A DNA stretch of 64,000 nt, from the NCBI RefSeq assembly GCF_037157805.1, contig NZ_CP089983.1; one strand, written 5' to 3'. The notes under the pieces are model-generated. The model did not search any database, was not told the DNA's origin, and saw only the letters and a program-made list of their open reading frames with translations. The position numbers and the translations under genes were made by a program. This stretch comes from Pendulispora rubella. GTDB lineage: Bacteria; Myxococcota_A; Polyangia; Polyangiales; Polyangiaceae. The first letter of the stretch is position 1; each line of letters starts with the position of its first letter. Of the stretch, positions 48,510-57,987 are shown in pieces.

Positions 48510-49479
48510 GCGATTCGTGTTCGTGATGGATCCGATGCAGAAGGTGCTGCCGGACAAGGATACTAGCTTTGCCCTCCAGCGCGCGGCATTGAAACGCGGC
48601 CACGAGTTACTCCATACGGAGCTGCGGGATCTCTTTGCGAAAGACGGCGACGTGTGGACCCGCGCGCGCGAGCTGCGTGTGCAAGATGGCGCGCCCTTTT
48701 TCGAGTACGGCGCGGTGGGCGACGTGCGCTTTGCCGACACCGACGCCGTCTTCATCCGCAAGGATCCGCCGTTCGATTCCGAGTACCTGTATGCCACATT
48801 GCTGCTCGAGCGGGCACGCGGGCAGACGCTCATCGTGAACGATCCACGCGGTCTGCGCGATGCGAACGAAAAGCTGTACGCACTGCACTTTTCGCGTCAC
48901 ATGCCAAAAACGCTGGTGGCCTCCCACCGTGAGCGCATCCTGGATTTCGCCGACGAAGTGGGCGGCACCGCGGTGATCAAGCCCCTTCACGGCGCCGGCG
49001 GCGCCGGTGTGCTCCTTCTCTCGCGCAAGGACCAGAACGCCCGTTCGATCATCGAGACGCTCACCCGCGAGGAAACGGTCGCGGCCATGGTGCAGGAGTA
49101 CCTGCCCGCCGTGCGCCAAGGCGACAAACGCGTGCTCCTGCTCGATGGGCAGGTGCTGGGCGGCATCAACCGCGTGCCCCGCTCCGACGACCTGCGCTCG
49201 AACATCCACGTGGGCGGGCGCGTGGAACCGTGCGAGGTGACCGCACAGGAACGGGCCGTGGTCGACGATATCGCACCACGCCTGCGCGCCGACGGCCTCT
49301 ATTTCGTGGGCCTCGACTTCATCGGCGGCAAACTCACCGAGGTGAACGTCACATCGCCCACCGGCATTCAGGAGCTCAGCGCGCACCAAGGACGCGATGT
49401 TTCCGAGGACGTGATTGCCTGGGTCGAAAAGAACGTAACTTCGGGTGCGGCGAGGTCGAAGGAGCCTCCGAGATCCTGA
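48508..49479 (+). CDS. gshB: Glutathione synthetase (ATP-grasp)
   Basis: MRFVFVMDPMQKVLPDKDTSFALQRAALKRGHEL aligns with E. coli GshB N-terminus (MIKLGIVMDPI...KDSSFAML); ATP-grasp core (VIKPLHGAGGAGV, GDKRVLLLDG, NIHVGG). Confidence 0.9.
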   Translation: MRFVFVMDPMQKVLPDKDTSFALQRAALKRGHELLHTELRDLFAKDGDVWTRARELRVQDGAPFFEYGAVGDVRFADTDAVFIRKDPPFDSEYLYATLLLERARGQTLIVNDPRGLRDANEKLYALHFSRHMPKTLVASHRERILDFADEVGGTAVIKPLHGAGGAGVLLLSRKDQNARSIIETLTREETVAAMVQEYLPAVRQGDKRVLLLDGQVLGGINRVPRSDDLRSNIHVGGRVEPCEVTAQERAVVDDIAPRLRADGLYFVGLDFIGGKLTEVNVTSPTGIQELSAHQGRDVSEDVIAWVEKNVTSGAARSKEPPRS

Positions 49480-49503
49480 CAGGTCTTTGAAGCCGAGGCA
49501 TTC

Positions 49504-50544
49504 ATGCCACTGACCATCGTCGTTCGCTCCTCGGAACCCGGCGCCTCTAGCGACACCCCCGATGCCTCGCTGACCTTCGACGGCCCACGCGTCGTCATCG
49601 GTCGCGGCACGGGGTGCGATGTGCGCCTGCCCGACGTGAGTGTGAGCCATCGCCATGCGAGCCTGCGCATCGACGCGGGGGTGCACTCGCTCATCGACGA
49701 GGGAAGCCTCAATGGAACGTTCGTCGGGGGCGTGCGGCTTTTGCCGCAGGTGCCGCGCGTCATCCAATCGGGGGACTTGGTGCGCGTGGGGCGCGTATGG
49801 CTCGAGCTGAGGATCGACCAGCGCCCCGCCACCCGCGATTTGTCCCTGGCCACACGCGATCTGGCGCTGCGCCTCGTGTCGCAGGCCATGCGCAACCTGG
49901 GCGACGACACCGTGTCCAAGGTCTCGGTGGTCGAGGGGCGCTCGTCCGGTGCCTTTCTGCACCTGGAGGAGGAAGGGCGCATCTACGTCGTCGGCCGCGG
50001 CGAGTCGTGCGACCTGCCCCTCGACGAGCACGATTCGTCGCGGCAGCACGTGCAGATCGTGCGGCGGGGCTCCGTCGTGCTGATCCGCGATCTCGGCTCG
50101 AAGAATGGCGTCGTCCTGGGCGAGGTGCCCCTCGACCGCGATCGCGACGTGGTGTGGAAGGCGCACTCGATGATGCGGGTCGGCACCACGGTGCTGGCGC
50201 TTCAAGAGCCGGTCGCGGACGCCTTGGCGGATCTGGAGGCGGCGCCGGACGAAAAGCTCGTCCCCGCGGACGTGCCCCCGCCGCCCCTCCGTGAGAGCAA
50301 CAAGAGCGATGCGCCGATGTCGGAGATCCCCACATCGTCCAGCCTGCGCCCCGAGGATGAGCGCAGCTCGGCTCCCATCGCGAGCGTCGAGAAAATGAGC
50401 GAGCCGACGCCGCTCCCCAAGAAAAAAACGTCGCACCTTACACCGGGGTATGCGCTCGTGGTCATCACGGCGTTCGCGGTCATCGTGGCGAGCCTCGTGG
50501 GCCTGGTCTGGCTCCTGCGCACGGGCGAGAACAGCGGCATGTAG
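49504..50544 (+). CDS. Tandem FHA-domain protein with C-terminal transmembrane anchor
   Basis: Two FHA modules (GRGTGCDVRLPDVSVSHRHASLRID...NGTFV and GRGESCDLPLDEHDSSRQHVQIVRRG...NGVVL), Pro-rich linker, C-terminal TM LVVITAFAVIVASLVGLVWLL. Confidence 0.8.
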   Translation: MPLTIVVRSSEPGASSDTPDASLTFDGPRVVIGRGTGCDVRLPDVSVSHRHASLRIDAGVHSLIDEGSLNGTFVGGVRLLPQVPRVIQSGDLVRVGRVWLELRIDQRPATRDLSLATRDLALRLVSQAMRNLGDDTVSKVSVVEGRSSGAFLHLEEEGRIYVVGRGESCDLPLDEHDSSRQHVQIVRRGSVVLIRDLGSKNGVVLGEVPLDRDRDVVWKAHSMMRVGTTVLALQEPVADALADLEAAPDEKLVPADVPPPPLRESNKSDAPMSEIPTSSSLRPEDERSSAPIASVEKMSEPTPLPKKKTSHLTPGYALVVITAFAVIVASLVGLVWLLRTGENSGM

Positions 50545-50597
50545 TTCGGTACCAAATCATTTGGAGCGACCTGGGCGGGCACGCTAAAGTAGCCGCC

Positions 50598-52022
50598 ATG
50601 ACGCCCGACGAATTTCGTGCTCTAGGGTACAAGATCATCGACTGGATCGCGGAGTATCGCGAGACCGTCGAACCGCGGCGGGTCATGTCGCACGAAACGC
50701 CGGGCGCGGTGCGGGCCAAGCTGCCCGCCTCCCCGCCGGTAGATCCCGAGCCGTTCGAGCGCATTCTCGCGGACTTGGAGAGCATCGTGCTTCCGGGCAT
50801 CACGCACTGGAGCCACCCGAGCTTCTTCGCGTACTTCCCCAGCAACACGAGCCTGTCCGCCGTGCTGGGCGACCTGCTCGCATCGGGTCTCGGCGTCCAA
50901 TGTATGAGCTGGCAGACCAGCCCCGCCGGCACCGAGCTGGAAGAGGCCATGATGGATTGGCTCCGGCAGATGCTCGGCTTGCCCGATGCATTTCGCGGCG
51001 CCATCCAGGACACGTCGTCCAACGCCACGTTCGTGGCCATGCTCTGCGCCCGCGAGCGCGCCTCGGGGGATGCGCGGTTGGGCGGCGGGCTGCAGAGCAT
51101 CGAGGCGCCGCTGACGGTGTACACGTCGGACCAGGCGCACAGTTCGGTGGAGAAAGCCGTGCTGCTCGCGGGCATCGGGCAGGAGCAATTTCGCTCCATC
51201 GAGACCGACGGGCGGTACGCGATGCGGGTCGATGCGCTGCGGGCGCGGCTCGAGGAGGACGTGCGCGCCGGCAAGAAGCCGTGCGCCATCGTGGCCACGG
51301 TGGGCACGACGGCGACGACCGCGTCGGATCCTCTGCGGCCCATCGCGGAGCTGGCGCGCGAGTACGGGGCATGGCTCCACGTCGATGCGGCCATGGCGGG
51401 CATCGCGATGATTGCCCCCGAGTGCCGCGAACACTGGGCGGGCATCGACGAGGTGGACTCCATCGCGGTCGATCCGCACAAGTGGCTCGGCACCGGGATG
51501 CACTTGAGTGCGTATTACGTGCGCGATGCGTCGTACCTCACGCGGGTCATGTCCACGCAGCCGCACTACCTGCGCACGGCGGCGGACGACAAGGTGACCA
51601 ACTTCCGCGATTGGGGCATCTCGCTCGGGCGGCGCTTCCGAGCCTTGAAGCTCTGGTGCCTTCTGCGCGAACAGGGGACGAGCGGGCTCGTGGCACGCAT
51701 CCGGCGCGATCTCGCCAATGCGAAATGGCTCGAGGCCGAGGTGAGGAAGACGGAAGGCTGGGAAGTGGTGGCCCCCGTTCCGTTTCAGACCGTGTGCGTG
51801 CGCCACGTGCCGCGGCACTTGGGCGGGATGCGCGACGAAGACGCCCTCAACGCGCACAACCTCGCCTGGGCCGATCGCATCAACGACGGCGGCAAGGCGT
51901 ACCTCACGTCGACCGTCGTCGCGGGCCGGCGCATCGTGCGTGTGTCCGTGGGCGCGGAGGCCACGGAGCTTTCCCACGTGAAGAAGCTGTGGGAACTCAT
52001 GCAAGAGACCGCCGGAAGCTAA
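50598..52022 (+). CDS. PLP-dependent group II decarboxylase (aromatic-L-amino-acid / tyrosine decarboxylase-like)
   Basis: HPSFFAYFPSNTS motif, SDQAHSSVEKA, PLP-Lys in DPHKWLGTG; 474 aa. Confidence 0.9.
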   Translation: MTPDEFRALGYKIIDWIAEYRETVEPRRVMSHETPGAVRAKLPASPPVDPEPFERILADLESIVLPGITHWSHPSFFAYFPSNTSLSAVLGDLLASGLGVQCMSWQTSPAGTELEEAMMDWLRQMLGLPDAFRGAIQDTSSNATFVAMLCARERASGDARLGGGLQSIEAPLTVYTSDQAHSSVEKAVLLAGIGQEQFRSIETDGRYAMRVDALRARLEEDVRAGKKPCAIVATVGTTATTASDPLRPIAELAREYGAWLHVDAAMAGIAMIAPECREHWAGIDEVDSIAVDPHKWLGTGMHLSAYYVRDASYLTRVMSTQPHYLRTAADDKVTNFRDWGISLGRRFRALKLWCLLREQGTSGLVARIRRDLANAKWLEAEVRKTEGWEVVAPVPFQTVCVRHVPRHLGGMRDEDALNAHNLAWADRINDGGKAYLTSTVVAGRRIVRVSVGAEATELSHVKKLWELMQETAGS

Positions 52023-52299
52023 GAAGCGTCGATCGATGGGGGGTGTCAGGTTCGAATGACCTGATGCTGGAACCGCGGCAGCGGGATCAAACCGGCGGGA
52101 CCGGAGCGATGTGGGGTCCAGAAAGGCAGGATCGCCCGAGCTCTGGCGATCCTGCTTCGGGGAACGGGCTAAGGCGCCGGCCTCGCCGGACTTTTTCCCG
52201 CTGCCGCTGCTCGCCTGCAAACCACCCGCGAGCCCGCCACCATCCATCGATTGTTGCGTTGGACGGCATCGCGCTCGCAATGTGTCGGCGTCCGAAAGG

Positions 52300-53049
52300 A
52301 TGCCGGCCATGCGCGGTGTGAAAAAACGAGACGTCGAAGGAGTGAGTCCGGAAGCTCCGAGCTTTTGCGAAGCGTTGGAGGCTTCGCATCCCGTTTGGCT
52401 ACGGCGTGGCGATAGATCCCACCCCGCGGGCGGGCTGTCACGGCGCGAGCTCGTCGTTTCGGGGTTCACCTCCGGCTGTGCGCTCGCGCTGACACAAGCC
52501 TGCGGCCGCAACACGGCGGGTGACGCGGGCGCCGTCTCCGTCGGGCAAACGTCGACGTCGGCCGCCGAGGCCGCGCGCGAGCTCGACATCGTGCTCCGCG
52601 TGAACGGCGAGGCGCACAGCCTGCGGCTCGAGCCTCGCGTATCGCTGCTGGATGCCCTGCGCGAGCGGCTCGGGCTCACCGGAACGAAGAAGGGGTGTGA
52701 CCATGGCCAGTGCGGCGCGTGCACCGTGCTCGTCGACAAGCGCCGCGTGCATGCGTGCCTCACCCTGGCGGTGATGGTGCAGGGCGCGCCGATCACCACC
52801 ATCGAGGGCCTGGCGAAGGGGGAAGAACTTCATCCGATGCAGGCGGCCTTCGTGACCTGCGACGGACTCCAATGCGGCTACTGCACACCGGGGCAGATCC
52901 TGAGCGCGGTCGGCCTCGTCCACGAGGGGCACGCGAAAACGGACGACGAGGTGCGCGAGGAGATGAGCGGCAACGTCTGCCGCTGCGGGGCGTATTCGAA
53001 CATCGTGGCCGCCGTTCAGTTGGCGCGCCGCAAAGGGATCGCGTCATGA
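52300..53049 (+). CDS. paoA: [2Fe-2S] small subunit of a xanthine-dehydrogenase-family molybdoenzyme, with Tat signal (PaoA/YagT-like periplasmic aldehyde oxidoreductase)
   Basis: Tat-type signal ...LSRRELVVSGFTSGCALAL; ferredoxin cluster I (CDHGQCGACTV) and cluster II (CGYCTPGQ, CRCGAY). ATG 52300 with GAAAGG upstream. Confidence 0.75.
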   Translation: MPAMRGVKKRDVEGVSPEAPSFCEALEASHPVWLRRGDRSHPAGGLSRRELVVSGFTSGCALALTQACGRNTAGDAGAVSVGQTSTSAAEAARELDIVLRVNGEAHSLRLEPRVSLLDALRERLGLTGTKKGCDHGQCGACTVLVDKRRVHACLTLAVMVQGAPITTIEGLAKGEELHPMQAAFVTCDGLQCGYCTPGQILSAVGLVHEGHAKTDDEVREEMSGNVCRCGAYSNIVAAVQLARRKGIAS

Positions 53050-54032
53050 ATCCGTTCGGCTATGTGCGACCGGCCCATGAAGCGGCGGCCCTCGATGCGG
53101 GGTCGGAGCCCGACTCGCAGTTCATCGCGGGCGGCACGGGGTTGGTGGATCTGTTGCGACTCGGCGTCGAGAAGCCAGCGCGGCTGGTCGACCTGAACGC
53201 GCTCGGGTGGGACAAGATCGAGCCGACACAAGAGGGCGGTCTCTACGTGGGCGCGCTGGTGAAGAACAGCGATCTCGCGTGGCACCCCGAGGTGCAGCGG
53301 CGTTACCCCGTTCTCTCGGAAGCCCTGCTCGCCGGCGCATCGCCGCAGCTGCGCAACATGGCCTCGGTCGGCGGGAACCTTCTGCAGCGCACCCGCTGCG
53401 GGTACTTTCGCGACGTCGGCGTGACCGAGTGCAACAAGCGCACACCCGGCTCGGGGTGCGCGGCCCTGGGCGGGTACGTGCGCATGCATGCGGTGCTCGG
53501 CGGCAGCGAACACTGCATCGCCGTGCATCCCTCGGACATGTGCGTGGCGCTGGTCGCGCTCGATGCGGTGGTGCACGTGCGCGGGCCCACGGGGGCGCGG
53601 ATCGTACCGGTGGCCGAGTTTCACGTGGCGCCGGGGGCGCACCCCGAGGTGGAGACCGTGCTCGCACGCGGGGACATCGTCGTGGGGATCACCCTGCCGC
53701 CGACACCGTTCGCGCGGCGCTCGGCCTACGTGAAGGCGCGGGATCGGGCGTCGTACGCCTTTGCGCTGGCCTCGGCCGCGGCCGCGATGCACCTCGAGGG
53801 CGCGGTGATCCGCGAGGCGCGCGTGGCCTTCGGGGGCATTGCCACCAAGCCGTGGCGCAGCAAGGAGGCCGAATACGTGATGCGGGGCGAGCCGGCCACG
53901 CGCGCGCTGTTCGAGCGGGCGGCGGAGGTGGCACTGCGAGAGGCACGCCCGCGCTCGGGCAACGAGTTCAAGGTGGCGCTCGCACAACGGGTGCTCGTGC
54001 GGGCGCTTTCGCGCGCGGGGGGCATCGCATGA
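53046..54032 (+). CDS. paoB: FAD-binding medium subunit (PaoB/YagS, CoxM family)
   Basis: ATGA overlap with upstream gene; FAD-binding PCMH-type motifs (FIAGGTGLVDLL, SVGGNLLQRTRC). Confidence 0.75.
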   Translation: MNPFGYVRPAHEAAALDAGSEPDSQFIAGGTGLVDLLRLGVEKPARLVDLNALGWDKIEPTQEGGLYVGALVKNSDLAWHPEVQRRYPVLSEALLAGASPQLRNMASVGGNLLQRTRCGYFRDVGVTECNKRTPGSGCAALGGYVRMHAVLGGSEHCIAVHPSDMCVALVALDAVVHVRGPTGARIVPVAEFHVAPGAHPEVETVLARGDIVVGITLPPTPFARRSAYVKARDRASYAFALASAAAAMHLEGAVIREARVAFGGIATKPWRSKEAEYVMRGEPATRALFERAAEVALREARPRSGNEFKVALAQRVLVRALSRAGGIA

Positions 54033-56242
54033 ATCGATGGACCGTCGGCCAAGGCATCGACCGAATCGATGCCCGCCTCAAGGTGACCGGCAAGGCCGAT
54101 TACGCCGCGGAGGCGCAGGTGCCCGGATTGGTTCACGCGGTGATCGTTACAAGCACCGTGGCCCGCGGGCGGATCGCGTCGCTGGACACGAAGAACGCGG
54201 AACGCGCGCCCGGCGTTCTTGCGGTGCTTTCGCACCTGCGTGCGCCGAAGCTGCCCGGCATTCGCGCGAAGACGACACCGCAGGATCGCTACCTGCAGCT
54301 CTTTCAGGACGACCGCATCGTCTACAACGACCAGCCCATTGCGCTGGTGGTGGCCGACACGTTGGAGCATGCGCAATATGGCGCATCGCGGGTGGTGGCG
54401 GGCTACGAGACGGAGCCATTTTCCATCGACATGAACGCGGAGGCACCGCACGCGTACGCGCCGGAGAACGCTGGACCGCATGGCACGACCGACTCGCGCC
54501 GCGGGGATGTGAACGCGGCCCTCGGCGCGGCGAAGGTGAGCGTGCGGCAGACGTATTCGACGCCCGTCGAGCACCACAACCCGATGGAACCACACGCGGC
54601 CGTCGCCGTGTGGCAGGGCGAGGATCGCGTGACGATTTACGATACGACGCAGGGCATTTTCAGCGTGCGGAACAAGGTGGCCACGCTCTTCGGGATCCCC
54701 AAGGAAAACGTGCGCATCGTTTCGCATTACGTGGGCGGCGGGTTCGGCTGCAAGGGCTCGCCGTGGTCCTATGTCGCGCTCGCCGCCATGGGGGCCAAGG
54801 TTACCGGGCGCCCGGTGAAGCTCGTGGTTACACGGCCGCAGATGTTCTCGTTGGTCGGGCACCGGCCGCACACCGTGCAGGCCGTGGCGCTCGGAGCCGA
54901 TGGCGATGGGAAGCTCACGGCCATCTCGCACGACGTGCGCTCTCCGACGTCGCGCTTCGACGAGTTCGTCGAGCCGTCGGCCCTGCAGACGCGCATGCTC
55001 TACGCGTGCGCCAACGTGAGCACATCGCACCGACTGGTGCGGCTCGACATTCCGACGCCGACCTTCACCCGTGCGCCCGGCATCGCCACGGGCACGTTCG
55101 CGCTGGAGTCCGCGATGGATGAACTCGCGTACGCGTTGAAGATGGACCCCATCGCGCTGCGGCTGAAGAACTACGCGGAGCGCGACCCCGATACGGGCAA
55201 ACCCTGGTCGAGCAAATCGTTGCGCGAGTGCTACCGGCGCGGGGCCGAGAAGTTCGGCTGGTCGCGGCGCACGCCCGATCCGCGCTCGATGCGCGATGGC
55301 CGATGGCTCGTCGGCTGGGGCATGGCCAGCGCCACCTACCCCGCCACGCAGCGCCCGGCCTCCGCGGTCGCGCGTATCCGCGCCGATGGCAGCGCCCTGG
55401 TGCAGGCCGGCTCGCAGGACATCGGCACCGGGACGTACACCATCATGACGCAGATTGCTGCCGATACGCTGGCATTGCCGCTCGCGCGTGTGCGCTTCGA
55501 GCTGGGCGACACCCTTTTTCCGGAAACCCCCGTATCGGGCGGATCGCAAACGGCCGCCAGCGTGGGCTCGGCGGTGAAGATGGCCGGCCTCGAGGTGCGG
55601 AAGAAGCTCATCGAATTGGCCGTCACGGATCCCAAGTCCCCACTTTACGGTCGCCCGGTCGCCGCCATCGATGCCGAGGAGGGTACGCTTTTCGTCAAAG
55701 GGAATCGTGCACGCAACGATGGATTCGGCGACATCGTGAAACGCAGTGGAAAAGCCGAAATCGAGGCGCGCGTGGATAGTCCGGAAAAGGAGGATCGCAA
55801 ACGGTATGCAACGCATTCCTTCGGTGCACAATTCGCCGAAGTGAAGGTGGACGAAGATCTCGGCCTCGTGCGCCTATCACGCTTCGTGGGCGCCTTCGCC
55901 GCAGGCAAGATCCTCAATGCCAAAACGGCGGAAAGCCAACTTCAGGGCGGCATCGTATGGGGTATTGGCCTCGCCCTGCACGAGCGCACATGGCGCGACG
56001 ATCGCAGCGGCAGGGTCATGACACGCGACCTGGCCGATTACCATGTACCGGTGAACGCCGACGTACCGCACATCGACGTCATCACGGTGGACGAAATCGA
56101 TCCCCACGTGAACGAAATCGGCGCCAAAGGCATCGGCGAAATAGGAATCACCGGAACCGGCGCCGCCATCGCCAATGCGGTATTCCACGCCACCGGCCGA
56201 CGCATCCGCGACCTGCCCATCATGCTGGACGCTCTTCTATGA
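54029..56242 (+). CDS. paoC: Molybdopterin-cytosine-dinucleotide-binding large subunit (PaoC/YagR-like; xanthine dehydrogenase family)
   Basis: ATGA overlap with upstream gene; 737 aa with aldehyde oxidase/xanthine dehydrogenase a/b hammerhead and MoCo-binding segments (GGGFGCKG, QDIGTGTYT, catalytic-Glu region EIGAKGIGEIG). Confidence 0.8.
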   Translation: MNRWTVGQGIDRIDARLKVTGKADYAAEAQVPGLVHAVIVTSTVARGRIASLDTKNAERAPGVLAVLSHLRAPKLPGIRAKTTPQDRYLQLFQDDRIVYNDQPIALVVADTLEHAQYGASRVVAGYETEPFSIDMNAEAPHAYAPENAGPHGTTDSRRGDVNAALGAAKVSVRQTYSTPVEHHNPMEPHAAVAVWQGEDRVTIYDTTQGIFSVRNKVATLFGIPKENVRIVSHYVGGGFGCKGSPWSYVALAAMGAKVTGRPVKLVVTRPQMFSLVGHRPHTVQAVALGADGDGKLTAISHDVRSPTSRFDEFVEPSALQTRMLYACANVSTSHRLVRLDIPTPTFTRAPGIATGTFALESAMDELAYALKMDPIALRLKNYAERDPDTGKPWSSKSLRECYRRGAEKFGWSRRTPDPRSMRDGRWLVGWGMASATYPATQRPASAVARIRADGSALVQAGSQDIGTGTYTIMTQIAADTLALPLARVRFELGDTLFPETPVSGGSQTAASVGSAVKMAGLEVRKKLIELAVTDPKSPLYGRPVAAIDAEEGTLFVKGNRARNDGFGDIVKRSGKAEIEARVDSPEKEDRKRYATHSFGAQFAEVKVDEDLGLVRLSRFVGAFAAGKILNAKTAESQLQGGIVWGIGLALHERTWRDDRSGRVMTRDLADYHVPVNADVPHIDVITVDEIDPHVNEIGAKGIGEIGITGTGAAIANAVFHATGRRIRDLPIMLDALL

Positions 56243-56286
56243 AAAAAGCGGTCGCAGCCGCGTTCATGGCACGCGAGGTGCTCTCT

Positions 56287-56780
56287 TGAATGACGTGGAA
56301 CCGCAACAAGACAGAAAGAATCCTCCTTTGCGCACAGTCATCGGCGTGATCGTGGTCCTCACCATCGTCGCCGCGGCGGGCATCTTTGCCGTCTACAATC
56401 GACGGGACGATGGCAAAATTGGTACGGCGCGCACGACCGCGGGCACGGCCGCCACGTCGAACCGCGATCCGGGTATTTCACCCGACGACTATGGGAAGGT
56501 GAATTCCGATGCGCATGCACGCATCACCGCGGCGCGATGCGAGCGCGAGGAGCGCTGCCAAAAGACCGGTGGCGGCAAACAGTACACGGACCGCCCCACC
56601 TGCGAGAGGGAGCGGCGCACGCAGGCGAATTACCTGCTTCCCGCGGAGAAGTGCTCGCGCGGCATTCCGGCGGATCGGGTGAACGCGTGCGTCGCCGCCA
56701 TCGCTGCTGCGAAATGCGACATGCCCGCCGAATCGTTCGACGACCTGGCTCCGTGCACGGCGCAGATACTCTGCCAATGA
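56287..56780 (+). CDS. Membrane-anchored Cys-rich hypothetical protein
   Basis: TM RTVIGVIVVLTIVAAAGIFAVY; 8 Cys in the extracytoplasmic part (CEREERC, CERERR, CSRGIP, CVAAIAAAKCDMP, CTAQILC). Start tentative (TTG 56287 / GTG 56296). Confidence 0.4.
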
Positions 56781-56814
56781 GCTGTGAAGAAGACACTCGA
56801 ACGAGGAGACGCCC

Positions 56815-57972
56815 ATGCAAGCCGTCGTATTTCATCGTCCAAAGAAGGTAACGGTCGACCGCGTCGACGACCCGCGGATCGAGGCCCCCACGGACGCCAT
56901 CCTGCGCGTGACGTCGACCGCCATTTGCGGGTCCGACCTCCATATTTACAACGGATTCTTCCCACAGATTCGAAATCTGGTTCTCGGCCACGAGTTCATG
57001 GGCATCGTCGAGGAGATCGGCACGTCGGTGCAGCGTCTCAAAAAGGGCGACCGCGTCGTGGTGCCGTTCCCCGTGGCGTGCGGCCAGTGCTTCTTTTGCG
57101 AACGCAGCCTCCCCATTCACTGCGAAAATTCGAATAAGAAGAATTACGGGCCCGAAGGCGGTCTGCTTTCGCAAAAGGGCGGTGGCCTGTTCGGTTACAC
57201 GGATTTGTACGGAGGTTATGCCGGTGGGCAAGCCGAGTACGTCCGCGTTCCCTATGCCGATTATGGCCCGCGCCGTGTTTCGGATTCGCTCACCGACGAT
57301 CAAGTGCTCTTTCTGTCGGACATCTTGCCCACGGGCTGGTCGGCCATCGATTGGGCCGAGGTGCGCGGCGGCGAAACGGTCGCCGTATTCGGCTGCGGCC
57401 CCGTCGGACTCATGGCGCAAAAATGCGCATGGCTGCGCGGCGCTCGCCAGGTCATCGGCATCGACCGCGTGCCGTACCGTCTGGAGTGCGCGCGCGAGAC
57501 CGCCAACGCGGAGGTCATCGATGCATCGCGAACCGACCCTGTGCAGGGCATTCGCGATCTCACGCACGGCCGCGGCGCCGATGTTTGCGTGGACGCCGTG
57601 GGCATGGAAGCGCACCGCGGCATGGTGAAGAAGATTTCCAACGTGGTGCACGCCGAAGTCGGCAGCATCGAAGTCCTGCGCCAATGCATCAGCGCGGTCC
57701 GCCGCGGCGGCAGAGTATCGATCGTCGGCGTGTACGGCATGAACTACGACAATTTTCCGCTCGGCCAAATGTTCGACAAGGGCATCCGCGTCGGCTTCGG
57801 CCAAGCGCTCGTTCATCGCTACATCGACGAGTTGATCAAGATCATCGAAAGCGGACACGTGCGCACCGACGACATCATCACGCACCGCGTGGCGCTGTCG
57901 GAGGCCCCCCGCGCCTACGACATCTTCTGCCGCAAGGAAGATCACTGCGTGAAGGTTATTCTCAAACCGTGA
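56815..57972 (+). CDS. Zn-dependent alcohol dehydrogenase (glutathione-independent formaldehyde dehydrogenase FdhA-like, MDR family)
   Basis: RBS GAGGAG; catalytic Zn ICGSDLHIYNG...GHEFMG; structural Zn CGQCFFCERSLPIHC; Rossmann VFGCGPVGLMA. Confidence 0.9.
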   Translation: MQAVVFHRPKKVTVDRVDDPRIEAPTDAILRVTSTAICGSDLHIYNGFFPQIRNLVLGHEFMGIVEEIGTSVQRLKKGDRVVVPFPVACGQCFFCERSLPIHCENSNKKNYGPEGGLLSQKGGGLFGYTDLYGGYAGGQAEYVRVPYADYGPRRVSDSLTDDQVLFLSDILPTGWSAIDWAEVRGGETVAVFGCGPVGLMAQKCAWLRGARQVIGIDRVPYRLECARETANAEVIDASRTDPVQGIRDLTHGRGADVCVDAVGMEAHRGMVKKISNVVHAEVGSIEVLRQCISAVRRGGRVSIVGVYGMNYDNFPLGQMFDKGIRVGFGQALVHRYIDELIKIIESGHVRTDDIITHRVALSEAPRAYDIFCRKEDHCVKVILKP

Positions 57973-57987
57973 ATTCGGACTTGACCG

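Noticed and set aside
52115-52127. tRNA-like fragment GGTTCGAATGACC
   Set aside because: Resembles a T-arm only; no acceptor stem, D-arm or anticodon arm can be built around it. No tRNA or rRNA genes were recognised anywhere in the window.
50622-52802. 726-aa minus-strand ORF and 53726..55831 701-aa minus-strand ORF
   Set aside because: Antisense to the decarboxylase and to the paoB/paoC genes, which carry clear family motifs; no motifs on the minus frames.
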